A stretch of DNA of 63,936 bases, the filler included, from an uncultured bacterium (GTDB lineage Bacteria > Latescibacterota > UBA2968), in the NCBI GenBank assembly GCA_964471275.1. It is 5 parts of 5 records of this genome, joined end to end, with 100 filler letters (N's around TTAATTAATTAA, not from the genome) between each part and the next. Parts side by side here need not be neighbours in the genome. Positions count along the whole stretch, not along the records: positions 28,238 to 42,239 come from CAYYGZ010000122.1; 4 more parts are not named here. One strand, given 5' to 3'. Below the pieces are notes generated by a model. It saw nothing but the letters and a program-made list of their open reading frames with translations. It ran no database searches and was not told the origin of the DNA. Each line of letters opens with the position of its first letter. The first letter of the stretch is position 1. The position numbers were made by a program, and so were the translations under genes. Positions 30,476-39,677 of this stretch are shown here, in pieces.

Positions 30476-31155
30476 CTATGAACTTATTCAAGAGTAATGT
30501 GGGCATTTGATATCGCCTTTTGAGCTTTTTCCCAAGCCAACCTGCTATTCGTGGTCGTCTTATTGACGCGCACAAGTGCTTAGTCCGAANNNNNNNNNNA
30601 GTGTCGTGGTCCTTGCGGCCACAGGATGAACGACGTCGATCCCTACCTTCAGAGCGGTCGTGGTGAGTGAGCTCAGAAGTCGTTCTGCTTATGCTACTGC
30701 AACGTCGAGTGCGTATCCCTCCCGATCGATCAGGAGGAGACGCATTCTGATAGCAAGCCGTCTTGTGATTGCGACAACGGCCTTCTTGGATTCAGAACGG
30801 CGTTTGATGTCTTCGTATTTGCGTCGGAGTCCCATGTCATCTCGGATGATTCTCCAAGAGGCTTCAACAAGCAGAGCGCGAACGAATCCGTGACCTTGTT
30901 TCGTAACCCGACCCATCCGGGTTTTCTCACCGTTGGAGTCTTGTGAGGGCGTCAGACCCAGATAAGCACTTAGGCTTTTCGCGTTCCTGAAGCGACGAAC
31001 GTCCTGTAGCTCGACCAGGATCTCTATCGCGGATTTCCACCCAATATGAGGAATCGTCTCAAGAAGAGCGACTTGATCACGATATTTTTCGGATCGAGAG
31101 AGGTCCCGCATCAATTGGGTTTGTCTCTTTTCGAGTTGGTCTAAGACGTCAAACT
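30476..31155 (-). mobile_element. 5'-truncated IS110-family element: transposase C-terminal half (30689-31155) plus ~210-bp non-coding right end
   Basis: LETIPHIG...RRFRNAKSLSAYLGLTPSQDSNG...GRVTKQG...LLVEASW...AVVAITRRLA (Transposase_20-type); minus strand ends CTTGAATAAGTTCATAG; N-terminal DEDD domain absent. Confidence 0.85.
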
Positions 31156-31320
31156 GAGTGACGTCGTGGCCAAACAGATCCCGTGTCACCTGAACCCGCA
31201 GGAGATATACCCGCCTTATCAAAGGGAGGACGGCAAGCGAATCCGCACCCTTCGATACGGCAATCCCTACACTGCCATCATCGAAACCGACTGCTGACCA
31301 ACTGGGTGCTTACTCAGGGA
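31156..31320. repeat. REP/REPIN-like element copy 1 (its left stub lies at 30462-30475, separated by the IS110)
   Basis: GAGTGACGTCGTGGCCAAACAGATCC...TATCAAAGGG-spacer-CCCTTCGATACG...ACTCAGGG; aligns with 34908-35119 and the reverse complement of 39511-39625. Confidence 0.8.
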
Positions 31321-31371
31321 AGACCGGGACTGTATCCAATGCGGCCACTTGGAACCTGAAACGCCTCTGCC

Positions 31372-33015
31372 TTAGATCCCGATCACGTAGCCGTCTCTCC
31401 TCGGATCTGCGCCGCCCATAAACGCCCCGGACTCCGGATCGACCGTGATGCCCTGGGCACCGCCGACTACGGGAGAGAACTCAGGCAGGATGTCAAGATC
31501 GTGTCCCTTCTTGATGAGCGCTTCCCGAACCTCAGCCGGTACTCGCGACTCCATCCGAATCTGTTTTCCTGGTTCGCCAAACCTGAATCGTGGCGCCTCT
31601 ATCGCGCCCTGGATATTCATCCCATAGTCCAGGTAGTTGGTCATAAACTGAGTTGTTGTCTGCTGGATCCCCCAGCTGCCCGGTGTTCCGAGCGCAGAGA
31701 CCAGTGAGCCGTCCTTCCAGATTTGACACGGGGACAGACACTGATCAATCTTCTTGTGCGGCGTGATACAGTTGGGACTGTCGGGAACGGTGTCGGCCCA
31801 CTTGATAAAGTTATTGATGAACATCCCCGTCTCGCCGACGGCAATACCTGAGCCATACCCGGAACCCAGGCTCTGCGTAATCGCAACGGCATTTCCCTCC
31901 GCGTCCACCACGTCAAAATGCGTCGTGCACTCGTTGATCCAGTCCGCTTCCGAGCCCTCGGACACAGCCCCAGACACGGGCGCCGCCGGAAAGTACTCCC
32001 CGCCCGTAACGGCCGCACTGTCACCGACCATCGCACGTCGCTTTGCCGCATAGGCTTTCGACAGCAGCGCTTCTATGGGCACGTTGTCCGCCGCCACGTA
32101 GGCCACACGGTCCGCGTTCGACAGTTTGAGCGATTCAACCAGGATGTGCAGGGCATCGGTCGAGAGGTGACCCATCCCGACAAGGTCGTCGTTCTCCAGC
32201 ATACTGAGTGTCTGCAGAATCTGGAATCCGGCGCTCGGTGGCGGCGGCGTGTAGACATCGTGTCCGTGGTAGTTGACGGTGACCGGATCCACCCATTCCG
32301 GGGTAAAGTCGATCAGATCCTGATAGCTCAAGATCCCACCTTCCTCCTGCATAAAGGAGATGAGATCCGAGGCGAGATCACCTCTGTAGAAGACCTCCTT
32401 TCCCCCTTCAACGACTCTCCGGAAGGAACGCGCAAGCTTGTCTTGGACGAGAACGTCTCCCGGTCTGGGCGCCTTCCCGTTCGGTGCAAGGATGGCCATT
32501 CCAGACGGACGAAGACGGGACACCGAACCCGCTGTGTGGATATGGTTCTTGACTGTGAAGGCATAGCCTTGCTCCGCCAGCTCGATCGCAGGCGCAAAGA
32601 CGGTCGCCCGATCCATCGTGCCGTGCGTTTCCAGAAGTGTGAGCCAGCCCCCGCACGCACCCGGGACCAGCGGCGAGAGGATGCCACCCTCCTGCAGATC
32701 GGGAGTCGGATACAGATCGCGCGTGGCAGCGTGCGGCGTGCGACCGCAGTAATCGAGTACGCGGAGTCGGTCCTCCTTCGCCGAGTAAGCGATGGCATAG
32801 CCAACGCCGGCGATACCGGACATATAGGGTTCGACAACATTCAGTGCCGCCGCCGTGGCAACGATCGCATCGAACGCATTCCCGCCCTGCAGAATCATCC
32901 GAGCACCGGCGAGTGTCGCCAGTGGGTGGCCGCTTGCCACCATCCCTCGAGTTCCCGTAACGGTTGATCTGTGCGCGTCACCCTTGCTTGAAAACGACAT
33001 TTCTACATCCTCCAT
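31372..33015 (-). CDS. ggt: Gamma-glutamyltransferase family protein
   Basis: GMVASGHPLA, GGNAFDA, VVEPYMSGI, CTTHFDVVD nucleophile Thr, GGADPRRDG. Confidence 0.9.
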   Translation of the reverse strand: MEDVEMSFSSKGDAHRSTVTGTRGMVASGHPLATLAGARMILQGGNAFDAIVATAAALNVVEPYMSGIAGVGYAIAYSAKEDRLRVLDYCGRTPHAATRDLYPTPDLQEGGILSPLVPGACGGWLTLLETHGTMDRATVFAPAIELAEQGYAFTVKNHIHTAGSVSRLRPSGMAILAPNGKAPRPGDVLVQDKLARSFRRVVEGGKEVFYRGDLASDLISFMQEEGGILSYQDLIDFTPEWVDPVTVNYHGHDVYTPPPPSAGFQILQTLSMLENDDLVGMGHLSTDALHILVESLKLSNADRVAYVAADNVPIEALLSKAYAAKRRAMVGDSAAVTGGEYFPAAPVSGAVSEGSEADWINECTTHFDVVDAEGNAVAITQSLGSGYGSGIAVGETGMFINNFIKWADTVPDSPNCITPHKKIDQCLSPCQIWKDGSLVSALGTPGSWGIQQTTTQFMTNYLDYGMNIQGAIEAPRFRFGEPGKQIRMESRVPAEVREALIKKGHDLDILPEFSPVVGGAQGITVDPESGAFMGGADPRRDGYVIGI

Positions 33016-33092
33016 CGGTCACAAAAACGGCCCCCTTCCAGACACGCGTCTCTCAGGGGGCCGAAATCCACAGCAAGCTCAGTTCAGCGAGG

Positions 33093-33623
33093 TCACTCTT
33101 CATCGATCAGGAGGCGACGCATTCTGATAGCCAGAGGCTTCAGTTCCGCCAGACGATCGTGAAGCCGTTTGACCTGCCCGCGCAGATGTTCCATCTCCTC
33201 GTTCACATCGAAGAACCGGCTGTAGAGGAGCTTGATCAGGTTCGCAAGCATATGATTCCCCATCTGTGGATCTTCCTCGACCATATCATCGAGGGCCCCA
33301 GCACTGAGGATAAGAATATCCGCCGGGTCCTGGACGACGACGCGCGTAGACCGGATCTGGCCGGTGAAGACGCCCATTTCTCCGAGGACGCGGACAGGCG
33401 TCTGGTAGTCGAGCAAATCGCCCGCGGCGGATTCCAGACGGAGACGGCCATCGAGCAGCACCAACAGCCGTTCGTCCACCGTGCGGGGTTCACTCAACAC
33501 AGTGCCAGAATTCACCGTCTCGCGAGTTCCGATATCAACGATCGCCTGGATCTGCGTGTAATCCAGGTCTTCAAAGAGCGGAATATCCAGGAGTGTCTTT
33601 ACCAGCCTGACATCTTCGGACAC
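33093..33623 (-). CDS. Cyclic nucleotide-binding domain protein with coiled-coil tail
   Basis: IPLFEDL, LGEMGVFTGQIRSTRV phosphate-binding-cassette-like motif; GTG start at 33623 after GAGG. Confidence 0.75.
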   Translation of the reverse strand: MSEDVRLVKTLLDIPLFEDLDYTQIQAIVDIGTRETVNSGTVLSEPRTVDERLLVLLDGRLRLESAAGDLLDYQTPVRVLGEMGVFTGQIRSTRVVVQDPADILILSAGALDDMVEEDPQMGNHMLANLIKLLYSRFFDVNEEMEHLRGQVKRLHDRLAELKPLAIRMRRLLIDEE

Positions 33624-33783
33624 AGAACACCTCATTCGTTGCGTATGAGTCGATCTTGGACGCGCTAAATAAGTCTCCCCGCTCGGCAAAGTCAAGCCGG
33701 TCACCTTCACGCGGGTGAATTTGCCCCTCCCGGTAGCCCACCCTATATTGTGCGCCCATCACACACCTGAACGGAGATACGGA

Positions 33784-34895
33784 ATGAACGTTACCGACCT
33801 CACCGCAGAATTCGTCAGCTATAACACGGCCAGCAACCTGAGCAATGCCAGGTGTTCTGCGGCGATGGCAAAACGAATGCGTGAAGCCGGTCTCAAGGTC
33901 GAACGCCTGCAATATGCTGACCCGAACGGAGTGAATAAAGTCTGCCTGGTCGGCAAGAAGGGCAAAGGCAAGGGCGGTCTGGCGATGATGGGCCACAGCG
34001 ACGTGGTGCCCGCTGAAGGATGGGCGTGGGACCCCTTCAAGCTGATCCGGAAAAAGGNNNNNNNNNNGGCAGTGCGGATATGAAGGGTTCCGTGGCCTGT
34101 ATGATCGCGACGGCGAACCGGTTCTCCGAAAAGGACCTCAAGCAGCCCGTGTATGTGGTGGTCACGTCGGACGAGGAGATCAACTGCGCCGGTGCGGACT
34201 GGGTACACAAGCACTCAAAATTGCTCAAAGGATGTAAATTCGGCATAATCGGTGAGCCCACAATGCTGGATGTCGTCTACGCTCACAAGGGTTCGTTCAA
34301 AGTTGATGCGCAGGCCAAGGGGCTGGCCACACACTCGAGCACCGGCAAGGGAACCAATGCAAATCACCTGATGATCCCGTTCCTCAACGATGTATTGGCC
34401 CTGGGCAACAAGCTCAAGACCGATCGTCGATTCACGGACGCCAACTTCACACCGCCCTATTCACCTTTCAACATCGTCTGGACTGAAGGCAAAACGGCGT
34501 CGAATGTCACGTCCGAGCGCAGCGCCGCACTCGTCAACACGCGTCCCATCCCCGGACACAACTGGGAACCGATCAAGAAACAGATTCGTGCGATGGCGAA
34601 GAAGCACGGCGTGAAGGTGACGATCAGCGACAGCCTGACACCCCTGAATACGCCGGTAGACTCACGGACCGTAAGGGAAGCGCTCGCGATAACGGGAAAA
34701 CGAAAGCCCAAAACCGTCTCCTACGGCACCGACGGTATGATCTTCGGCAAATCGATGGAGCTCGTCGTGCTCGGCCCCGGCGATATCAAGCAGGCCCACA
34801 CGATCAACGAATGGATCGACCCTGCCCAACTGAAGAAGGGCGTTGACACCTTTGCCCAGATGGTCAGCCGCTTCTGCATCGAGGACCCGGCCTGA
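33784..34895 (+). CDS. M20 family deacylase, acetylornithine deacetylase (ArgE)-like; spans N gap 34058-34067
   Basis: GHSDVVP, GSADMKG, SDEE, IGEPT, AHKG, GPGDIKQAHTINE. Confidence 0.85.
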
Positions 34896-34907
34896 TCCTG
34901 ACCTAGT

Positions 34908-35119
34908 GTTCGCCCTGCTTGTCCGCCGAAGCTTGTGCGAAGGTGGGAGTGACGTTGTGTCCGAACAGATCCGTATTCCCCGAAACTGCAGGAAGTGTAC
35001 ACGTCTGATCGAAGGGTGACCGGCAGGGCGCCCGTATGGACACGCGCCCTTCAATACGACAAGTCCGTTGCTACCTTCACCGAAATCGACTGCTGATCAG
35101 CTAGATGCCTACTATGGGA
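34908..35119. repeat. REP/REPIN-like element copy 2 with nested 30-bp palindromic insert
   Basis: GTTCGCCCTG-[CTTGTCCGCCGAAGCTTGTGCGAAGGTGGG]-AGTGACG...ATCGAAGGGTG-spacer-CGCCCTTCAATACG...CTACTATGGGA; right arm matches 31244-31320 at 57 of 77 positions without gaps. Confidence 0.8.
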
Positions 35120-35180
35120 GATCGATGGTCGCATTAGTAACGGCGACTTGTCTCAAGCCCCGGTAAACGCGACGCCTATC

Positions 35181-36086
35181 TTATTCCTCACACCTCAAAT
35201 TAATCCCTGTCAGTTTCTCCGTAGCCTTACTGACCGCCGAGAAATCGTCGCTCCCGTGACCCAGTGTGCTGGCCGCGGCGAACATCTGGTAAGCCGCAGC
35301 CGCGATCGGCACAGGTATATCCATCGACATCCCCAGCCCCACGCCGATCCCGAGATCCTTCTTCATCAGATCCAGCATAAATCCGGGCGCATATTGATCC
35401 TTCAACAGAAAGTCTTCGGCCCGGATCTGAAACAGCGTCGAGTTCCCCGAACTGACACCGATCACCTGGCTCATCGCCTTGGAATCAGCTCCCGCCTTCA
35501 CACCCAGCGTCAGCCCTTCCGCGATCATCGCCATATTCGCTCCGCCGATCATCTGGTTCACGATCTTCACCGTCTGCCCGACGCCGACATCGCCCACGTG
35601 GAACACGTTATCCGGATTCCCCATCGCTTCGAAGATCCCCTTGCACCGATCGAAGTCCTCCTTCGTCCCCCCCGCAATAATCGTCAAGGTTCCCGCGATG
35701 GCGCCCGTGTCGCCTCCGCTAACGGGAGCGTCCATCACGCGGATACCCTTCTCCGCAGCCTGCTCAGCAACCTTGCGGATCGTGAGGGGCGAAATCGTCG
35801 ACATGTCCACGATCAGCTTGCTTTCCGAAGCGCCCTGCAGAATCCCTGATTCACCCAGGATGACTTCCTCGACCTGGGCATCTGCCGTTACACAGGTCAC
35901 GATAATGTCTGCGGCCTCCGCGACCGCCTGTGATGAACCGACCGCCTCTCCCCCTGCCGCGACGGCTTCATCAATCACGTCCTGCCGACGCGCAAAGAAA
36001 GTCAGGTCGTAGCCAGCCTTCAGAATGTTCAACGCCATCGGTTTCCCCATAATGCCCAGACCAACGAACCCGATCTTTTCCATCAT
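35181..36086 (-). CDS. Beta-hydroxyacid dehydrogenase (tartronate semialdehyde reductase / 3-hydroxyisobutyrate dehydrogenase family)
   Basis: IGFVGLGIMG, DMSTISP, DAPVSGG, GQTVKIVNQ, KDL. Confidence 0.9.
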   Translation of the reverse strand: MMEKIGFVGLGIMGKPMALNILKAGYDLTFFARRQDVIDEAVAAGGEAVGSSQAVAEAADIIVTCVTADAQVEEVILGESGILQGASESKLIVDMSTISPLTIRKVAEQAAEKGIRVMDAPVSGGDTGAIAGTLTIIAGGTKEDFDRCKGIFEAMGNPDNVFHVGDVGVGQTVKIVNQMIGGANMAMIAEGLTLGVKAGADSKAMSQVIGVSSGNSTLFQIRAEDFLLKDQYAPGFMLDLMKKDLGIGVGLGMSMDIPVPIAAAAYQMFAAASTLGHGSDDFSAVSKATEKLTGINLRCEE

Positions 36087-36225
36087 ATTCTCCTGTTGTG
36101 GTGCCGGCAGCTTCCCGGTGTCGATTAACGAACGTGAAAGGCGCTTCGAAATACATCGTCCGTGTCAATTAACTATATTGGCCAGCGTCAGGTCAATCGA
36201 ACCGATACCCACCCGAGCGAACCGA

Positions 36226-37743
36226 ATGAACGCAAACCCGCTGATTGCCGGACTCGATGTCGGAACAACCAGCATCAAAGCCCTGATCGCGGAGCCAAAC
36301 GGCACCGTCCTCACGACCACATCTGCTCCCACACCCACGCACCATCCCCACACGGGTTGGGCACACTATGAACCGGAGCAGATCTGGGACGTCGTCTGCA
36401 CTGTGCTGGCAGAAACAACGTCAATGATCGACGAACCGGATCGAATCGCGGGTATCGCAGTGGCAAGCGTCGGCGAAACGGCTTACCCGGTGGATGGATC
36501 TGGAAGGGCAACACACAACGGAATTGCCTGGTTCGACACCCGATCGAAAGCGCAGGCAGATTGGCTGCAAGAGAACATCGGCGCAGACCGGATCTACTCC
36601 GCGTGCCGGATGTCGATTCAGCCGATCTACGGACTATGCAAGCTGCTGTGGATAAAAGACCACCATCCGGATGCCCTGGAAGGAGCAACGTGGTTGAACT
36701 CCGCCGACTACATCGCCTTTCGGCTCAGCGGCGAACGTGCCACCGATCCCTCACTCGCTTCGCGTGCACTTCTCTTCGATGTCGATCGATTCGACTGGGC
36801 AACAGAGATTCTCGACGATTGCGGGCTTCCCCGTGAATTGCTCGCTCCTTTGAAGCGCAGTGGTGAGGGGATCGGTTCGGTTCTCTCGGATGTCGCCGCG
36901 CGAACCGGACTTCCGGAATCCGTGATCGTCTCAACAGGTGGACACGATCACGTCTGTGGTGCCCTCGGTGTCGGTGTCGTCGAACCCGGCACCGTACTCA
37001 ACTCTCTCGGGACGGCCGAGGCCCAGTTCCTGCCGCTCAAGCAACCGCTCAACACTCCCGAGGTGGCTGCGCAGGGCTACAGCGTCGGTGGACACGTCGC
37101 CTGGGACCGGTACTACGCGATCGGCGGTCTCTATTCCTCGGGTGGCAGCGTAGACTGGCTTACCGGCCTCTTCGGGGACCTGAATATACAGGATCTGCTT
37201 GCTCAGGCAGTCGACGTCGCGCCAGGCAGCCTGGGTGTCTGCTTCCTCCCCCACTTGCGGATTGCCAACCCGCCCTTTGGCGACGCGCCTTCACGTGGGG
37301 CCTTTGTCGGGCTCACTGGAGATGTCGATCAGGCCACCCTCTACAGATCGGTACTTGAAGGAATCGCGTATGAGGCCAGGCTCTGTCTTGACGGATTGCT
37401 TGCCTACGCTGGCCTGTCAGAACCCGACAGAATTATCGCCATCGGCGGTTCCACGCGGAACACATTGCTGATGCGGATCAAGGCAAGCATCTATGGATCG
37501 CCCATCACCGTCTCAGAAACGACAGAAGGCACGGCTTTGGGTGCGGCCGTGCTCGGCGGCCTTGGATCCGGTGTCTACGACAGCATCGCGGATGTAACAT
37601 CGACACTGATACAGAAGACCCGTCTTGTCGAACCGGAACACGACCTGATAGATCAATACCAGGAGGGATTCACCACATACAGTCAGGTCTACCCCGCTCT
37701 CAAGAACCTGAACGCAAGAATCGACGAAGCCAACCAGATTTGA
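36226..37743 (+). CDS. FGGY family carbohydrate kinase
   Basis: GLDVGTTSIKA, IAWFDTR, TGGHDH, SLGTA, LEGIAY, GTALGAA; ATG at 36226. Confidence 0.9.
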   Translation: MNANPLIAGLDVGTTSIKALIAEPNGTVLTTTSAPTPTHHPHTGWAHYEPEQIWDVVCTVLAETTSMIDEPDRIAGIAVASVGETAYPVDGSGRATHNGIAWFDTRSKAQADWLQENIGADRIYSACRMSIQPIYGLCKLLWIKDHHPDALEGATWLNSADYIAFRLSGERATDPSLASRALLFDVDRFDWATEILDDCGLPRELLAPLKRSGEGIGSVLSDVAARTGLPESVIVSTGGHDHVCGALGVGVVEPGTVLNSLGTAEAQFLPLKQPLNTPEVAAQGYSVGGHVAWDRYYAIGGLYSSGGSVDWLTGLFGDLNIQDLLAQAVDVAPGSLGVCFLPHLRIANPPFGDAPSRGAFVGLTGDVDQATLYRSVLEGIAYEARLCLDGLLAYAGLSEPDRIIAIGGSTRNTLLMRIKASIYGSPITVSETTEGTALGAAVLGGLGSGVYDSIADVTSTLIQKTRLVEPEHDLIDQYQEGFTTYSQVYPALKNLNARIDEANQI

Positions 37744-37750
37744 GGAGAGA

Positions 37751-38737
37751 ATGGAAGATATACAGTGCGCGCTCATCGGCTACGGTGGGATCGCTGAATT
37801 CCACGCTGAGGCGCAGGAAAAGATCGAGGGTGTCCACATCAAGACAATCGTTGGGCGTCGTCCTGAGCACGCCGAGGCCTTTGCAGCCAAACACGGCGCC
37901 GAGATCGCGACCGTATACCTGGACGACGCGCTGGGAGATGACAGCATCCAGGCCATTGTCATCACTTCTCCGTCAGAGCTGCACTTCGACCAGGCATCAC
38001 GAGCACTGGAGGCCGGCAAGCACGTACTCATCGAGATCCCCATCGCAATGTCCCACAAGGGTGCGCGAACACTCGCAGGTCAGGCCCGTAAGCTGAACCG
38101 AAAGGTATTGGTCGCGCACACCCGGCGATTCGATGACGTAGGTCGGTTCACGAAAGGATTTATCGAATCCGGCAAGACCGGGCAGATCTACCAGCACCAC
38201 GCGATGTCCTGCTGGTATCGGCACGAGAACATCGGGTGGACGGGCTACAACCGAAACTGGACGGACGACGTCCTGTTTCACCACGGTTGCCATTCCGTCG
38301 ACTTCTCGCTGTGGACCGTCGACTCCGACATCCGTCGGGTAACAGGTGAACTGGCCCCCCTTCACGAACTGAATAACACCTCGATGGATTTCAGTATGCT
38401 GATCCGGTATGCAAACGAAACGATTGCGACCGTCAGCCTGTCCTACAATGCACACCAGCCCTTTCGGGCCAACCGTTACACGTGCGAGAACGGATCTCTC
38501 GAGACTGAAGGAAAGGTCGTCCGCTTCAATGGCGAGGTCGTGTTCGAGACCCTCGATAATCCGGAAGGCGGCATGCTTGTCCAGGACCGCGAATTTTTCG
38601 ACGCTATCCGTGAAGATCGACAGCCATCGTGCAGCGCCGACGATGCGTTACGTGCCCTGAGACCCTTACAGCAAGTCTACGACCAGATGGTAACTGCCGA
38701 AGGCGAAGCGAAGTACAAGCGACCCTGGGACCTATAG
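37751..38737 (+). CDS. Gfo/Idh/MocA family oxidoreductase
   Basis: LIGYGGIA, AGKHVLIEIP, HHGCHSVD. Confidence 0.88.
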   Translation: MEDIQCALIGYGGIAEFHAEAQEKIEGVHIKTIVGRRPEHAEAFAAKHGAEIATVYLDDALGDDSIQAIVITSPSELHFDQASRALEAGKHVLIEIPIAMSHKGARTLAGQARKLNRKVLVAHTRRFDDVGRFTKGFIESGKTGQIYQHHAMSCWYRHENIGWTGYNRNWTDDVLFHHGCHSVDFSLWTVDSDIRRVTGELAPLHELNNTSMDFSMLIRYANETIATVSLSYNAHQPFRANRYTCENGSLETEGKVVRFNGEVVFETLDNPEGGMLVQDREFFDAIREDRQPSCSADDALRALRPLQQVYDQMVTAEGEAKYKRPWDL

Positions 38738-39015
38738 CGTGACCCGTGTGTTCAAGTAGGCCTGCGTGTGCACAGGACGTATCGAGAACCCGACTTCCCA
38801 GCCGTCCCAATACCTCCGTCAATAGATTTCCGCAACCCGTGAGCCGCATAAACTAGCACGCGCCCTGATATCGGGTATTGTGTATGTAGACCTGAGTCAT
38901 ACACGCAGGCTTGCGCGGTCGCCCTATGATCCCATCCGAACACGAAGCCTTCCTAGATTCTCTTCCCGACGAACTGTCTTTCGGTACGTGTGTCTTTGAC
39001 GCAGAATGAGAACAG

Positions 39016-39543
39016 GTGCACGCGAACCAGGCTGGAGAATCTGTGCTGGAGCACGTTGCCGTGTTTGACGAACAGCATCGCCTCACACGGCTCCGGCCTG
39101 TCGCGGTAGGTGAGCTCGAATCGCAGGAAAACAGCACAGCCTTGAAGGTCCTGGAGGAGGGTCCCCTTCCCGTCATACACGAGGCATCCGTTCGGACAAT
39201 CAAGGCCGAGACAGGTACCGTCTACCGACTGCTCGTCACACGCGACGTCACCTCGAAACAAGAGCAGCATGTACATGCCCAGGAACAAGACCGGCTGGCC
39301 GCGATGGGTCAGCTTGCCACCGGGATTGCCCACGATTTCAACAACTTGCTCACCACGATGATTGGCTACACGGACATCCTGGCCTTGACCCCGAGCACGC
39401 CGGACGAACACCGTGAGAAGATGAAAATCATCTCGTCGCAGGACCGTCGGGCCGAGCAGCTGGTTCGCCAGGTGCTCAGCTTCAGCTTCCAAGGCCACTT
39501 ACTTGCCGATCACCCTTCGATAAGACGTGCATATTCTTTATAG
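39016..39543 (+). pseudogene. Sensor histidine kinase fragment (HisKA only), ending at a REP-like repeat
   Basis: RLAAMGQLATGIAHDFNNLLTTMIGY...RAEQLVRQVLSFS; no HATPase domain; frame runs into repeat copy 3. Confidence 0.75.
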
Positions 39544-39625
39544 GATCTCCAACACGGAATCTGTTTGGCCACGACGTCACTCCCACCTTCGCGTAGGCTT
39601 CGGCCGACAGGCAGGGCGAACGGTG
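39511..39625 (-). repeat. REP-like element copy 3 (single arm, inverted) with nested 30-bp palindromic insert
   Basis: Reverse complement reads CACCGTTCGCCCTG-[CCTGTCGGCCGAAGCCTACGCGAAGGTGGG]-AGTGACGTCGTGGCCAAACAGATTCC...TATCGAAGGGTG. Confidence 0.8.
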
Positions 39626-39677
39626 GATATTCGCCTGTGATCTCTCTTGACGTTCCGGGGGGTCAGATGCCTTCGGA

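Noticed and set aside
31156..31222. N-terminal 22 residues of the track's 177-aa transposase ORF
   Set aside because: They translate the REP-like repeat; transposase-like sequence starts only at the 31155 junction.
31244..31375. Possible selenopeptide: 'DC-TGA-xxxCLL' reads the same way here and in the 35043-35119 copy
   Set aside because: The conservation is explained by the non-coding REP-like repeat; there is no clear start codon and similarity fades right after the repeat.
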